Below, piece after piece: positions 11,195 to 23,231 of a DNA stretch of 64,000 nt. Numbering within the stretch: position 1 is the stretch's first letter; the number at the start of each line of letters is the position of its first letter. This DNA comes from Massalongia carnosa (Eukaryota): assembly GCA_965645245.1 (NCBI GenBank), contig OZ287073.1, positions 930,001-994,000 of the forward strand, in the 5' to 3' direction. The notes beneath the pieces were generated by a model. That model made no database searches. It was not told the origin of the DNA and saw only the letters and a program-made list of their open reading frames with translations. The position numbers and the translations under genes were made by a program.

Positions 11195-14100
11195 TGTTGA
11201 ATGGCGGTTGCGATTATGGTTATAATGGCTTGTTGGGCTCACTGCCTCATAACGTGGATAGCGGGTAGTCTAATCTTCTCTCGGAAGGTTTAGGTTTAGC
11301 GTGCTTTGCCCTTTGGTGAAAAGTCTGTTCTTTTCCTTTTAGATAGCTTTATAGTCAATGCGATCACTTGCAACCAGAGCCTCCTTTTAACTGGTTATGA
11401 GCACGGTCAGCAACAAGCTTCCGAACATCAGAAAAGGATATAGCTCTTCGCAAATCGCTATCTCGGCAGCTCGACTACGATTCCTTTAGGTAGGAAGAAT
11501 CAGCACCTCGGCAGCTCCTTACGATTCCTATGGTAGGATAAACCAGCACCTCGGCAGCTCCTTACGATTCCTGTCGCAGGATAAACCAGCACTCCCGGCA
11601 GCTTGATACGACGGATCCAACAAGCACAATCAAATATCAAAAATGACAACAATCGCAGACGATCTAGCGAAAAGAAGACCCTTGCCCGTTCTGACAAGGG
11701 AGAACTATCAAAGATGGTTCGAGCTGGCCGAAATGCATTTCGAAGCGGAAGGCATCTTTCATACAATAAGCGAGCCACTGCCCAATTCCTCGTACCTTCA
11801 GCAGCGAATGGACAAATTAAGCCTTGATGGAAAAGGAATAGAGAAATCAGACACACCCCTCACCCCGGAAACCCCATTCATCGATTCAAAGGACAACGCT
11901 AAAGCATGCTATCTTATAACCATCTGCTTAAGCCAATTCGATCAAGAACGCGTAAGAGTGATGAAGACAGCGGCGGAAAAGTGGACCTCGCTGTTAAGCA
12001 AGTACAACAACATCCTTCCTACTTCAGGAAGGCATTACCTTCAAGAGCTGGTGTCATAAAATGAAAGAGAACACCACCGTTCAGGAGGCATGGGGGGAAC
12101 TTTTGTTGTTGAGAGATAAGGTCGTCATGGCCACACCCACACTTCGAGACGCATTTCCCACTCAGCAACTATTCCAATTACTCTTACAATCTCTCCCAGC
12201 CGAGTACGCGGTCATTAGGGACGGAATTGATGCAATTTGGGTAGTAGATGCCGAAATTGGCATAAAAAGGTTGGAAGACAAAGAAATGCAGCTAACACAG
12301 GCGAAAGCAGATTTAGCCTTGCTCGCAAAGCAGAAAGAACAGCGAAGAGAGCAGCGACGGCCTCTCAACCCATCCAGAAGTCGAAGCACATTCAACAACT
12401 CCAGGCAGGAGCGATCCAGACGGCACGAAAGGTCCTCAAGTGCAAAGAGAGAAACGAAAACAAGGTCAACTCGCAAAAGGGATGCTTAATCTGTGGAGAA
12501 GTCGGCCACTGGACCGAAGAGTGCGAATTCTTGGAAAGCACTCGCAGCCACGTCAGGAGCCTCGCGAAGAAGAAGAAAGAGGTCAATAAGGGCAAATCAT
12601 CCGTCAAGCGACATCGGAGCTATCTCGCTGGCGAGTCAGAAGAAGAGGACGAGAACGATAGCTTCTCATCAGGCGACAATGACGATGATCTGATGATCTC
12701 GAGGAAACTGCGGCCCTCTCCAGAGAAGCTGTCTGTAAGATTCCCAGATCAAAATTTGAAAGAAGAATAAAGGTCGGCGGGGGAGAATTGAGAGCATGTC
12801 ATCGCGGTACGTGCGTGATCAAGGATGGGCACGGAAATCAGGGATTTCTTTCTTCTGTCCTTTATGTCCTAAGCTAGGGGTTAATCTCTTGTCTGGAAGG
12901 CGGATGTGCGAGAAGGGCCTCATCGGAAGTTTCGATCAGCACGGGCTGAAGATGCATGACAAGCAAGGCAAGGAGATCATGGAGGCACGGCAGCGAGGGG
13001 GAGTATATATCGTCGAGAAATAGCAAAGGATCTCGATGATTTCACGTTAACCGCGTCCATGCATCATGACATTGCCTTTCCAAGCAAAATTGATATTGCA
13101 TCACTCTCGTCTTCATCAGAGGCGTTAAAGCCGCGCGGCGCGGGTTTAACATGTCCAACAACACATAACAATATGGAAATCAAGATTGAGTCAACACCCG
13201 CACTTAACCCAACTAAGACGGACAAACACTCTGAAACGTACAGGCTATGGCATCGAAGATTCGCTCACCTAGGCCGAGAAAAGCTTCGTAACCTCCATAA
13301 GGTCACCACCCTAGAAAAGCCTATTCCGGTCAGCAAAGAAGAGGATCACATTTGCGAGGTATGCGCGCTCACTAAGCTCACCAATAAAAGAGGTAAAGCG
13401 ACCGAGCGAAAAACCTCTCTTCTGGCCCTGGTCTCCATCGATATTTGCGGTCCTTTGCCTGCCTCTCGAGAAGGATACATATACTTTTTGGAAATTGTGG
13501 ACAACTATTTTAGAAAGATATGGTCCATTCCACTCAAAACGCGAGACGAAGCACCAGGTGAATTGCGAAAATGGAGAATAAAAGTCGAATTACAAAGTGC
13601 ACAAAGACTATTGGCTGTACGGAGTGACAATGCCACCGAGCTGAAGGCTACTCTTGATGAATGGTGCTCCTCAATCGGTATTATTCCGCAATACACCGTT
13701 CCTCATATGTCTATTCAGAACGGAGTCGCCGAGCGAGCAATTCGTACCACCGAGAACTCGGTGCGAGCCATGATAAAGGACGCAGAACTCCCAATCGAAT
13801 TCTGGAAGGAAGCCATGGAAACTGATGCATATCTTCGGAATCGCACGGGATGCGGACCGATCATCGACGGCTATGCTAGCACACCGGAAGAAGCCTTCAC
13901 GGGCGTCAAGCCATCCATTGATCACATTAGGGTATGGGGATGCAAATGCTATTCGTACGTCGATCCCAAATCGCTACCCGCGGAGGACAGAAGAGACAAA
14001 TTCATGGACAGAGGCAGAATCGGAGTCTTTATGGGATATGTAGAAGAGACCACTAAACAGTATCGTCTCTAGGCACCCGACATGGGAAAAATCATCAGAA

Positions 14101-16431
14101 GCCATGTGGTAAAATTTGATGAAAATTTAAAAGGTGGCAGCGTTGATTTAAACTTGCGGAAGCAGACACCCAACGTGCTACCAGAAAGACGGCCAGTAGG
14201 AAGACCACAAAAGACAAAAGAAACGAAAATCAGCGAACCTGCCAAATTAGTAGAAAGATTTTCGCATGTGGAGGTTCCTAGTCAACAGAATCAAACTCAT
14301 GACCAACCAAACCCGAAAGATGATGTCACTCAAAACGTACCACCAATCCCAACTTCCGAAGAGTCGCCCATAGCGAATGATTCAATCCCAGCCGCAGCTG
14401 TGCCTAAGGCTAGCACTAGCATATTCTCTCATGTTGCGATCCCGAAGCGAAAGCGATCTGATGAAGACTTAGTTCCCGAAGAACCGGCTTTCAAAATACC
14501 GCGCGCTTTTCTAGCGCTGTTCGCCGACGATAATAACGAGGATGAAGATGGCTATCTCAAATTCGAATCTGCCCTATCGGCTGGTGCTTCTTCATTTGAA
14601 AGAAACATACCCGAGCCTAAGTCTTACAAAGAAGCAGTAAATGACCCGGTGTGGGGGGAACTATGGAAAGAAGCAGTGAACACCGAGATCAAGGCGCTCA
14701 TCAGTAATAAGACTTGGAAAGAAGTTGTTCCACCTCCCAAAACGAACATCGTCACCTGCAAATGGGTGTTTAAAGTAAAAACCAACCTCGATGGTTCATT
14801 GGAGAAGTTCAAAGCAAGATTAGTCGCCCGTGGGTTTACTCAAAAATACGGCATCGACTATGAGGACACTTTCGCCCCCACGGTAAGATCGGATACCCTA
14901 CGTGCAGTGCTTGCCATAGTAGCGATGGAAAACCTGGAATGTCATCAAGTGGACGTGAATAACGCATTTACCCAATCAACCTTGAAAGATGTCATTTACA
15001 TGACCGCACCAGAAGGAGTAAACGTTGCCCCTGGTAGAGTTCTTCAGATTCTGCAAAGTCTATACGGTTTAAAGCAGTCCGCCAGAGAATGGAATAGCCG
15101 CTGTACAAATGAGCTGACCAAACTAGGCTTCATTCAATGCTCATCTGACCCATGCCTATTCACTCATCCTAAAAAGGGAATCATTATATTCATGCACGTA
15201 GATGACCTGGTGATCGCCTCCAAAATGATGAAAGAGATTATTTAGTTCAAGAAAGAGTTCAATGCTGCCGTTAGCATCAAGGACCTAGGAGAAGTGTCGA
15301 AGGTTCTGGGCATACGAGTAACCAGAGATCGGAAAAATCGAATACTTCGAATGGACCAGACGCATTATCTCAAAGATGTGATGGAGAGAACACATATGAG
15401 CGCTGACAAACATAGGCCTACCGAAATTCCAATGAACGGCTATGATTCATTGCGACCGGCTGGAAAAGATGATAAGCGCATAGATCAAAGAGAATATCAG
15501 CAAATTGTTAGAAGCCTGATGTACGCGGCAATTCATACGCGGCCAGATATAGCTTTTGCTCTTGGAAGGCTAAGCCAATATCTCAGTGATCCAGCTGCTC
15601 ATCACGGCCATGCACTAAAGACGCTGCTTAGATACGTTCGGTCCACCATTGACATCGGTATACTGTATGGGGCTGGGGGGAATCATGGCCAAGGCCTCAT
15701 TGGGTATTCCGATTCAGACTACGCAGCTGATAGGCTCGAAAGAAAATCGATCTTGGGATACGTGTACATGCTAGGGGGAGGGCCTATATCGTGGATGAGC
15801 AGAAAGCAAAAGTCGGTTGCTACGTCTACAACGGAGGCAGAATATATGGCCTTATCAACTTGTGCTAAGGAGGGTTTATGGCTCGTTCAGCTGATGAAAG
15901 ACATAGGCTTCGAGAAATATTTCAGTCATAACGTCAATATTCGTGAGAACTTGAAGCATCAAGCTGACTCCCCGATGCGGTTAAAAGGAGATAATCAAGC
16001 CGCTATCCAACTGGCAAAAGATGCTCACATTCATGATAGATCTAAGCATATCGACGTTGCCTATCATCACATTCGGGACCTGCACAAGCGAAATCGAATT
16101 CAGGTCGAGTACATACCCAGCGGAGAGATGATTGCCGACGGCCTAACCAAGCCTCTAAATAAGCCCATCTTCAATCTGTTCATTGGTCAATTGGGACTGC
16201 AAAAATGGAAAGAATGAGGTGGTATCGCACCGCAGGGGGACTGTTGAATGGCGGTTGCGATTATGGTTATAATGGCTCACTGCCTCATAACGTGGATAGC
16301 GGGTAGTCTAATCTTCTCTAGGAAGGTTTTAGGTTTAGCGTGCTTTGCCCTTTGGTGAAAAGTCTGCTCTTTTCCTTTTAGATAGCTTTATAGTCAATGC
16401 GATCACCTGCAACTAGAGTCTCCTTTTAACT
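11195..16431 (+). mobile_element. Full-length but defective Ty1/copia LTR retrotransposon
   Basis: LTRs 11195-11392 and 16242-16431, TSD TCCTT, PBS GGTTATGAGC, PPT before the 3' LTR. Gag knuckle CLICGEVGHWTEEC, GAG-pre-integrase WHRRFAH, integrase, RT (FKARLVARGF), RNase H (YSDSDYA, ADGLTKPL). Multiple stops/frameshifts; the protease active site appears deleted near 12755. Confidence 0.97.
11461..11605 (+). repeat. About 3.5 copies of a ~43-bp tandem repeat in the copia 5' leader
   Basis: CAGCACCTCGGCAGCTCCTTACGATTCC...AGGATAAAC repeated. Confidence 0.85.
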
Positions 16432-16770
16432 TCCTTCAGTGTTATTGGAATTTGCCGACATACCTGAATATTTGCGACCGAGGTTCTTTTGCCTCCTGCT
16501 TACTAATTTCCAAATAAGGCAATCATATGCTATATGCGAAAAGCTTCAGATATCGGCACGACTTCGGCAACTACGAGGAGGCAAAGGTATGCAGCAAAAA
16601 TGCTACATTTCGGAGGCAATTCAGCTGTTCATGATCACTGAGTGTCTCGGTGTCTCCGGTCAGCGATAAGGTGTATTTTGCCCAGCTGAAAAGGTTCAAA
16701 GGAAGCAGGTTCATGCATTTGATATAGGCCGAGATGGAGGCCTTCAAGCAGTATAAAGAGACGGTGATTC

Positions 16771-17020
16771 TGTCACGATTCTACACGGCACGACCTCGGC
16801 ACTCGGCACCGCCTAGGGCAATCGTAGATGGAACACGCAGGCACTTTCGATTTCGTTCCCGCAGCTACTAGAAGGTTCCATAACGACTATACCACATGGG
16901 CAATAGCGCAGTAGAGGATATATAGGGTCAGGTTCTGGTTGTCGATTGTCTTTTCCTTCTTCATCTTGATTGTATTCGTTTCTAGTGTCCTTATGACTTG
17001 TCTCTAGGTAGATCATAACA
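16771..17020 (+). mobile_element. Solo LTR (250 bp)
   Basis: TGTCACGATTCTAC...GTAGATCATAACA; exact TSD GATTC. Confidence 0.92.
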
Positions 17021-17218
17021 GATTCCTCATGTAATTTAGCTATTCAGTCGTTCAGAATTCAGTTCAGCAGATAGCTAAATTTGGAGTATCTTCACTGGAA
17101 ATACGGAGTACCTGCATCACGTTTGCCAAGCACTTCTCTTTGCCTATCCTTGATAGCCCTAGACCCTCTTCTCCCGCATCCCGCTGCCGTATGCCTGGTT
17201 GATTTTTTGTTCAACAAG

Positions 17219-17585
17219 TGTCACGGTTCAACCACATGCACCCAAGGCCAATCAAAAGAAAGTACGGCATCTGCCGGCGCACTAACCGCTTCCGTTACTC
17301 AACCCTTTTAGCAATCATAGGGGCAATCAACGGAGGTCTGAAAGGACTGAAAGGGACGCATCGGAACGACCTTCTAAAGCAAACACAAATGGATAAAAGG
17401 GACAAAGGGCAGAAAGACTGTTTAACCAAACTGTTCACTTATTGATGAAGACACAAGCAGCTGGATCGGGCCAAGCGATTATCTATATAGACTCCTAGAG
17501 AGGGTACTCTTTGCTTGTTTCCTTTCTGTCTAGTGCATAGCTTCCCAGTAGATAGTCAATTCCACATCCTGGTAGAACCGTCACA
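17219..17585 (+). mobile_element. Solo LTR (367 bp)
   Basis: TGTCACGGTTC...GAACCGTCACA; second copy inverted at 5161-5529; flanks ACAAG/GCTTG do not match. Confidence 0.85.
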
Positions 17586-17789
17586 GCTTGCTTGCAGAGA
17601 TTTCCTATATGCCTCCCTGAACGGCATCCTAAGCCCAATGCGGTTAGCTCGTAGCAGCGCGGAAGTAGCAACATACGAGCTGGTCAGTGCGACCGAGTTA
17701 AACCTTAATGGTCTACCTACGGCAACCCTAGATAGAAGTTCAATGAACCTTCTGATGTTCAGTTCACATCAACACAAGATCGTTTTGCT

Positions 17790-18980
17790 TACGCCGCGCA
17801 ACGGGTCGGGTTTCTCTACGGAGGATGACACAGGAAGTTCTGGCCGACGCTAATATGCACGCTAAATAAGCCACCTACAAGGGGCTCAGCCCTACGAAGA
17901 TAAACTCCTTTATTTACTCCATTTTTACCTTCTTATCCACCTCCTAATCAGTCTACATTGGCCCACTCCTCCTCATCTTCAGTAGGACTTCTCTTTGAAC
18001 GCAGATATCGACTGCGCCGCTCCTCAGCATCGTAAGGTCGTACCATTCCTCCTGTTCTTCCTTCTCTGTACTCGTTTCCTCCTTCAAACTCAATGACAGT
18101 CTGTATGTGACGAGGCATTCTCTCTATCCAGCTTTGTATTTGCTCCTGCGATAGCTCGTCCCAACATTCAGTCTATGCTACTTCGGCCTCCCGTCTGCTT
18201 CGTGGAGCTCCGAGGAGGGTCGTACGTCTTTTCATCCAAGGCCAGCATGGTTCAATCATATTGAGATCAGGTGAGTTGCCAGGCCACAAAAAGCGAAGCA
18301 CTCGAAAGTCCATAAACACCACATCCTGATGTTTGGAGGCATGACAAGGGGGCCTTATCTTCTTGAACCACCGTGTTTGGACAATCTTCCCTTCCGTTTC
18401 GATCTTTGCGTACATCAGTCAATATAGCCTCCTCCAATGCAGGTGTTACTTTAGAAGGTTGGCCTGAACGAGGTGCATCTTCTACATATTCCATCTTCAA
18501 GACTCGTGAGATCTCGGGATCATATCCTCTGCTTCTTGCTTTCTTCTTGATATGACTGATAGATCTCGTCGAGACTTCAGTGATTTCCTCTACTCTTTTG
18601 GCTGATACTCCATGCTCTACGAGAGTCAAGGCCTGAAGTCTTTGAGCGAGAGTCAGTTTGTTATCTTGAGGACGAGTCATGATGATGATAGCTACAAAAT
18701 ATCAACAAATCAACTATAAATTATAAATATTGAAGCATTTTATCTCTTAATGCCCGGAGAACCTTTTTTTAAAATTTTTACCACCCCCTTGTCTAGTGGC
18801 GGAAGCTAATGCAAGCTAAAATACGCTAGCCAGAACTTCCTGTGTCATCCTCCGTACTCAAAATCCAAACCCGTTTGTGGCGAACCCTATGATTTTTGGT
18901 GTCCGGGTTGAGTTTTGAAAGAAAAACCCGGTGGCGAAAAAGCAATTTTGTGGCGAAAACCCAACCCGTTGCGTAGTATA
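17790..18980. mobile_element. hAT-like MITE (~150 bp without the nested Tc1 element)
   Basis: ~24-bp imperfect TIRs (TACGCCGCGCAACGGGTCGGGTTT vs TATACTACGCAACGGGTTGGGTTT); 8-bp TSD GTTTTGCT/GTCTTGCT (one mismatch). Confidence 0.7.
17819..18854 (-). mobile_element. Internally deleted canonical Tc1/mariner element with TA TSD
   Basis: 26-bp perfect TIR CGGAGGATGACACAGGAAGTTCTGGC flanked by TA; ORF fragments with an HTH and WPGNSPDLNMIEPCW; central DDE region missing. Confidence 0.92.
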
Positions 18981-19062
18981 GTCTTGCTGTGACGAGTTTA
19001 TATTCAACGAGCTCAAAACAAAAATTTAATTATTATTAAACGTGATAATAAAACATGTAAGA

Positions 19063-20560
19063 GTCCACCGAAGAGAATTGCAAAACGCTGGAAAAAATAC
19101 ACGACTGCGAACGATGGGCCGCTCGCCACGGCTCCGTATTCGCGCCACACAAATACGAGCTGATACACCTAGCAAAGAATCCAAAGAAATTCAACCTGGA
19201 CGCATCCTTCGCGGTAAGAGGCAAGATCCTGAAGACCAAGACTTCGATAAGAGTCCTGGGAGTATACATTGACACTAGACTCGATTGGGCAGCGCATTAC
19301 AAGGAAATTCAGAAGAAAATGACGAGACAAACAATGGCACTGACCAAAATCGCAGCCTCAACCTGGGGGGCGACCCTCCTACGAGCCCGCCACGTGTACA
19401 CAGCAGTGATACGCCCCGCCATGTCGCACGGCTCGATAGCATGGCACATGCCAGCCGAAGCAAGAAAGAAAGCCAAAGTCGAATCAAGAAGCAAACTCGA
19501 AGTCATACAAAACAAGTGTTTACGAGTCATAGCCGGAGCGTACAAGGCTACCCCAATTGAAGTATTACAGGCAGAAACCCACATCCCTCCCTTAACGCAA
19601 CATCTAGACCGCTTACAAGCAAAAACGAGATCCAGAATCTCGAACAGCGAACAGGAAAAAATTATAAAGCAGGCGTGCAATAGAATTCAAGTGAAACTCA
19701 GAGGTAAAAGAGGTCAATCGCGAGTCGCAGAGAAAACACCGGGAACTCGTAAACGAGAATGGGTAACAAAGATGACGAAAGACGCACCGAAAACAATTAA
19801 ACTGGATCAACCCTCTCCCCCTCCCTGGACAACGATCGACGAGGCACAGAAGAGACAACGCACAGCGCAAGTAACGACGCAGAACCAACGAGACGGGATA
19901 ATAAAGAAGCACTTTGAGAATCAGTGGATCAACAAGTGGAAAGCATATCAAGCAAAACACACGTTATATCCCACGATCACACAACAGGCGCCTATACACA
20001 GGAAAAGGCTTAACGCACACAAGTTACTAGACAAAGCGCAAAGCTCACTAGCAACACAGATAAGAACGGAAAAAATCGGACTGGCCAACTTTCTATATCG
20101 GCGCAAGGTCCCAGGTGTGAACTCGGCGGCATGTCCCTGCGGAAGCCTCTTACAAACAGCCAAACATGTAATCATGTTCTGCAGACTGCACGAACACAGA
20201 ACGCACATGCTACGAACGGCAGGCTCGTCAGACTACCGCAAGCTAATCACCGAACCCAAAGCTCTCAAAGTAGTAACCGCGTGGCTCATGCGCACAGGTA
20301 TTTTAACACAGTATTCCATTGCCACGCAACTGCTTGAACAGCAGCCGGGCAGTCTCTTCAGTTTGAAAAACAGGTATCGCAGATTTTCGAGATACAGGAA
20401 TCAATCTGCGGGAGCGGCGAACCCCCGATGAAGCGGATACGCAGGAGTAGTTTTTCACCTTTGGGTTTTCTACTTATTACATAGCTTATATAGCATCTCC
20501 CGCATGGGCCGGCCTTCGGCCGGTGACACAACGGCGTAAGAATAATCAAATCAAATCAAA
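19063..20560 (+). mobile_element. 5'-truncated Tad1-like LINE (second family)
   Basis: ORF 19319-20431 homologous to the C-terminus of the LINE ORF2; conserved 3' hairpin; (ATCAA)n tail; approximate TSD AAAA(C/G)ATGTAAGA. Confidence 0.9.
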
Positions 20561-20607
20561 AGATGTAAGAAACGAGCTCGATGTGTAAGAGATGTGAAAA
20601 TATTAAC

Positions 20608-21096
20608 TGTCATGGAATTACTTCGCACCCTCCCACGTTTCCTGATCGGGTTAGTATTTAACAGGCTCTCTTGCCGTGAAACCTGCCCTGCATGTTGAAT
20701 GGAACCGTGGCCCGTTATTCCGAACTATCCTGAAACCTCACCCCATGTGTTCAGACGTTCTTCCGCTGCCTTCAGTGCACTCCCAAACTCCTATATCCCG
20801 AATCCAATCTCAACGTCTCCATTATCCAAGCCTACGACTGGGATTGCCCAGCAGAGAGAGATTGCTTCGGCATGGAGAAAGGCGGAACAGGTCAAAGCGA
20901 TCATGGTTAGGAAATTAGAACAGGAACAGAAATGAGGGCAAGTCAAGAATAGGGGAGTTGGAAGCCATGGCTATAAAACCTATGTGGTTTCTCAGGTGTT
21001 TGGAGCTCTTCGTCGGACGTCTTGTATACTATCCCTGGACCTAGCTTTCTAATAGTAACTCTTGCATATCTCCCTATCTGGACCTTGTCCGTGACA
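20608..21096. mobile_element. Solo LTR (489 bp)
   Basis: TGTCATGGA...TCCGTGACA; exact TSD TTAAC. Confidence 0.9.
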
Positions 21097-21194
21097 TTAA
21101 CACTAAGAAACAACGCTTGCTCTCTCGCAAGCAACCCTTTTTTTTTTCAAACAAACGACATACGGTTGATTTTCTTTGTCAAATTATCTATTTG

Positions 21195-21432
21195 TGTTGA
21201 ATATCCAACTCCTATTAGTACAATAAACACTTACGAGTTCAATGAACTAGGAAACCGTAGAAGCCGCATTAGGCCTAGTCTCAGGATAAGATAAAGATTA
21301 CCTCGCTTAACAGAAGGTGACCAGTAATAGGATAAAGATTGCTGAACAGTATTCTTCATCCTTAACATCACGGTTATACATACACTTATTATTACATAGT
21401 CATATAGCTATAGTCATATACCTATTTCAACA
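21195..21432. mobile_element. Solo LTR (238 bp), related to 23232-24766
   Basis: TGTTGAATATCC...CCTATTTCAACA; exact TSD ATTTG. Confidence 0.92.
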
Positions 21433-21490
21433 ATTTGATAACATTTATAATATTAAAGCTCGTCGTGAACGTGCTTTTTTAAGTCGAAAG

Positions 21491-21805
21491 ATGCCTCTCA
21501 AAATCAAGAAACAAATTCCAGTTCGAGGAAATCTTTCTATACAAGACGCTGTTAGGAAAAGTCACTTGAATAACGAGCGCGCTGATGACGATCTTCGTAC
21601 TTTCGAGCAAAGAGAAGCGAGGGTAGCTTTTGCTCATAGATATTGTCTTGCGAGTAAAAAGACAATGACTGAAAAAAAGGAAGATACACGTCTGATCGAT
21701 ATGTTAAAACGAGCTCGATTTAATGGAGGACAATTACTTACATTAAATAACCACTACTGCTGCGCTGAATGCCACCACTATATTAAATTCTGTGATGAAT
21801 TCTGA
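21491..21805 (+). CDS. Small basic hypothetical protein of the scaffold element (MPLKIKKQIP...CCAECHH)
   Basis: ATG in good context, 104 open codons, C-terminal Cys/His cluster; no family recognised. Confidence 0.35.
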   Translation: MPLKIKKQIPVRGNLSIQDAVRKSHLNNERADDDLRTFEQREARVAFAHRYCLASKKTMTEKKEDTRLIDMLKRARFNGGQLLTLNNHYCCAECHHYIKFCDEF

Positions 21806-21940
21806 CACTGCCTTATCTTCTTCTCGACCTTTTGTCACATTCGTTCTCAATGAAAGTGATCCCTTCATTTCTAAATGAGCTCGTTTCAAGAGATCAATCT
21901 CAACTAGTCTTTTCCCGTATAGAGACTCCATTATCCAGTA

Positions 21941-23212
21941 ACGCAGGAGAAGATGGTCAAGCAGAGCATGGCCTTAACAAAAATTTCCACGTCTACCTGG
22001 GGAGCTTCGCTAGGGCCAGGCAAGTATACACGGCGGTGGTGCGGCCGGCCATGACATATGGTTCAATCGTCTGGCACACCCCGAAAGACGTAAATAGAAA
22101 TAAATCCATAACGTCCAAATTGGCGGTCATTCAGAAGAGATGCCTACGCACAGTCGCCGGAGCGTTCAAGGCTACCCCGATACTGGTGCTGGAGGCAGAA
22201 ACACACATAGCCCCAATAGATGTGTATTTGGATCAACTGCAGGCTAAAGCCAGATATCGACTACGAATCACGGACTCGCTAACTCCGCATGCAAGATAAT
22301 AGCTAATAAGCTACGGGAAAGAGCGGGTCGAAGAAGAACTCCGCCGCCAACACCCAGAGAACTGAAACACACATGGGACAAGGCAATGTTAAATGGAGAG
22401 GCCGCCGTCAGATTACTGCCTTCCGCGCCCCTGTGGTACGACGCCAGTCCAGAATATCACAAGGAGCTGAGTGAAGCGCGAACGGCCCAACGGGCACATC
22501 ATACGCGGCTCATGGAGCATCATATGAAAATATGGAAGTCAACATGGGCGACTTATCAAAATCACATTCCACTCCCCACCGAGGCTCAACAAGCTTCGCT
22601 TGACAAAAAGAGATTAAAAATTCCACAGCAATTTAGCAAAAGCGGAGAGTTCACTAGCAACGCAAATTCGCACGGAGAAAATCGGGCTAGCCAACTTTCT
22701 TTTCAACCGAAGGGTACCCAATGTAAACTCACCGGCGTGCATATGTGGATAGCCAAGGCAGACGGCCAAACAGTCATCATGCACTGTCAGCTGATAGACG
22801 GAAGAAATGAATTATTTAATCAAGTGAAAACTAACAATTATCGCATGATAATTGAAAATTCCGCAAAATTGAAAAAGCTGACAGCATGGCTAATGCGGGC
22901 AGAATATACTAAATAAGTTTTCATTTGCAGCGACCATGCTGTACGGATAATTCCCGTCGACACAGCATTTGAAATGTTTGACTTCTTCCCCTTTTCTTTT
23001 GTTCTTTTCCTTTTTCTTTCAAGGACCTCACAGATACACGTTATTAGGTACACTGAGGGGTCATGGGGATCCCGCAGGCGATAATACTGGTTACTAAGTT
23101 TTTATTCCTTAAAAGGTTTTCCTATGTACAATAGTCATATAGAACCACGCCCGCATGGGCCGGCCTTCGGCCGGTGACATATAGGTGTAAGAATTTATCA
23201 TCATCATCATCA
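21941..23212 (+). mobile_element. 5'-truncated Tad1-like LINE (third copy), frameshifted
   Basis: Homology to the ORF2 C-terminus (ARQVYTAVVRPAMTYG, AFKATPI); conserved 3' hairpin; (ATC)n tail; 14-bp TSD TCCATTATCCAGTA. Confidence 0.92.
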
Positions 23213-23231
23213 TCCATTATCCAGTACATAT

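Noticed and set aside
11461..11605. CRISPR-like array
   Set aside because: Contiguous tandem repeats without unique spacers, inside a copia leader in a eukaryote; the same applies to 29285-29352 and 28556-28620.
5161..17585. Inversion mediated by the two inverted LTR copies
   Set aside because: The flanking 5-mers do not show the reciprocal TSD swap an inversion would leave.
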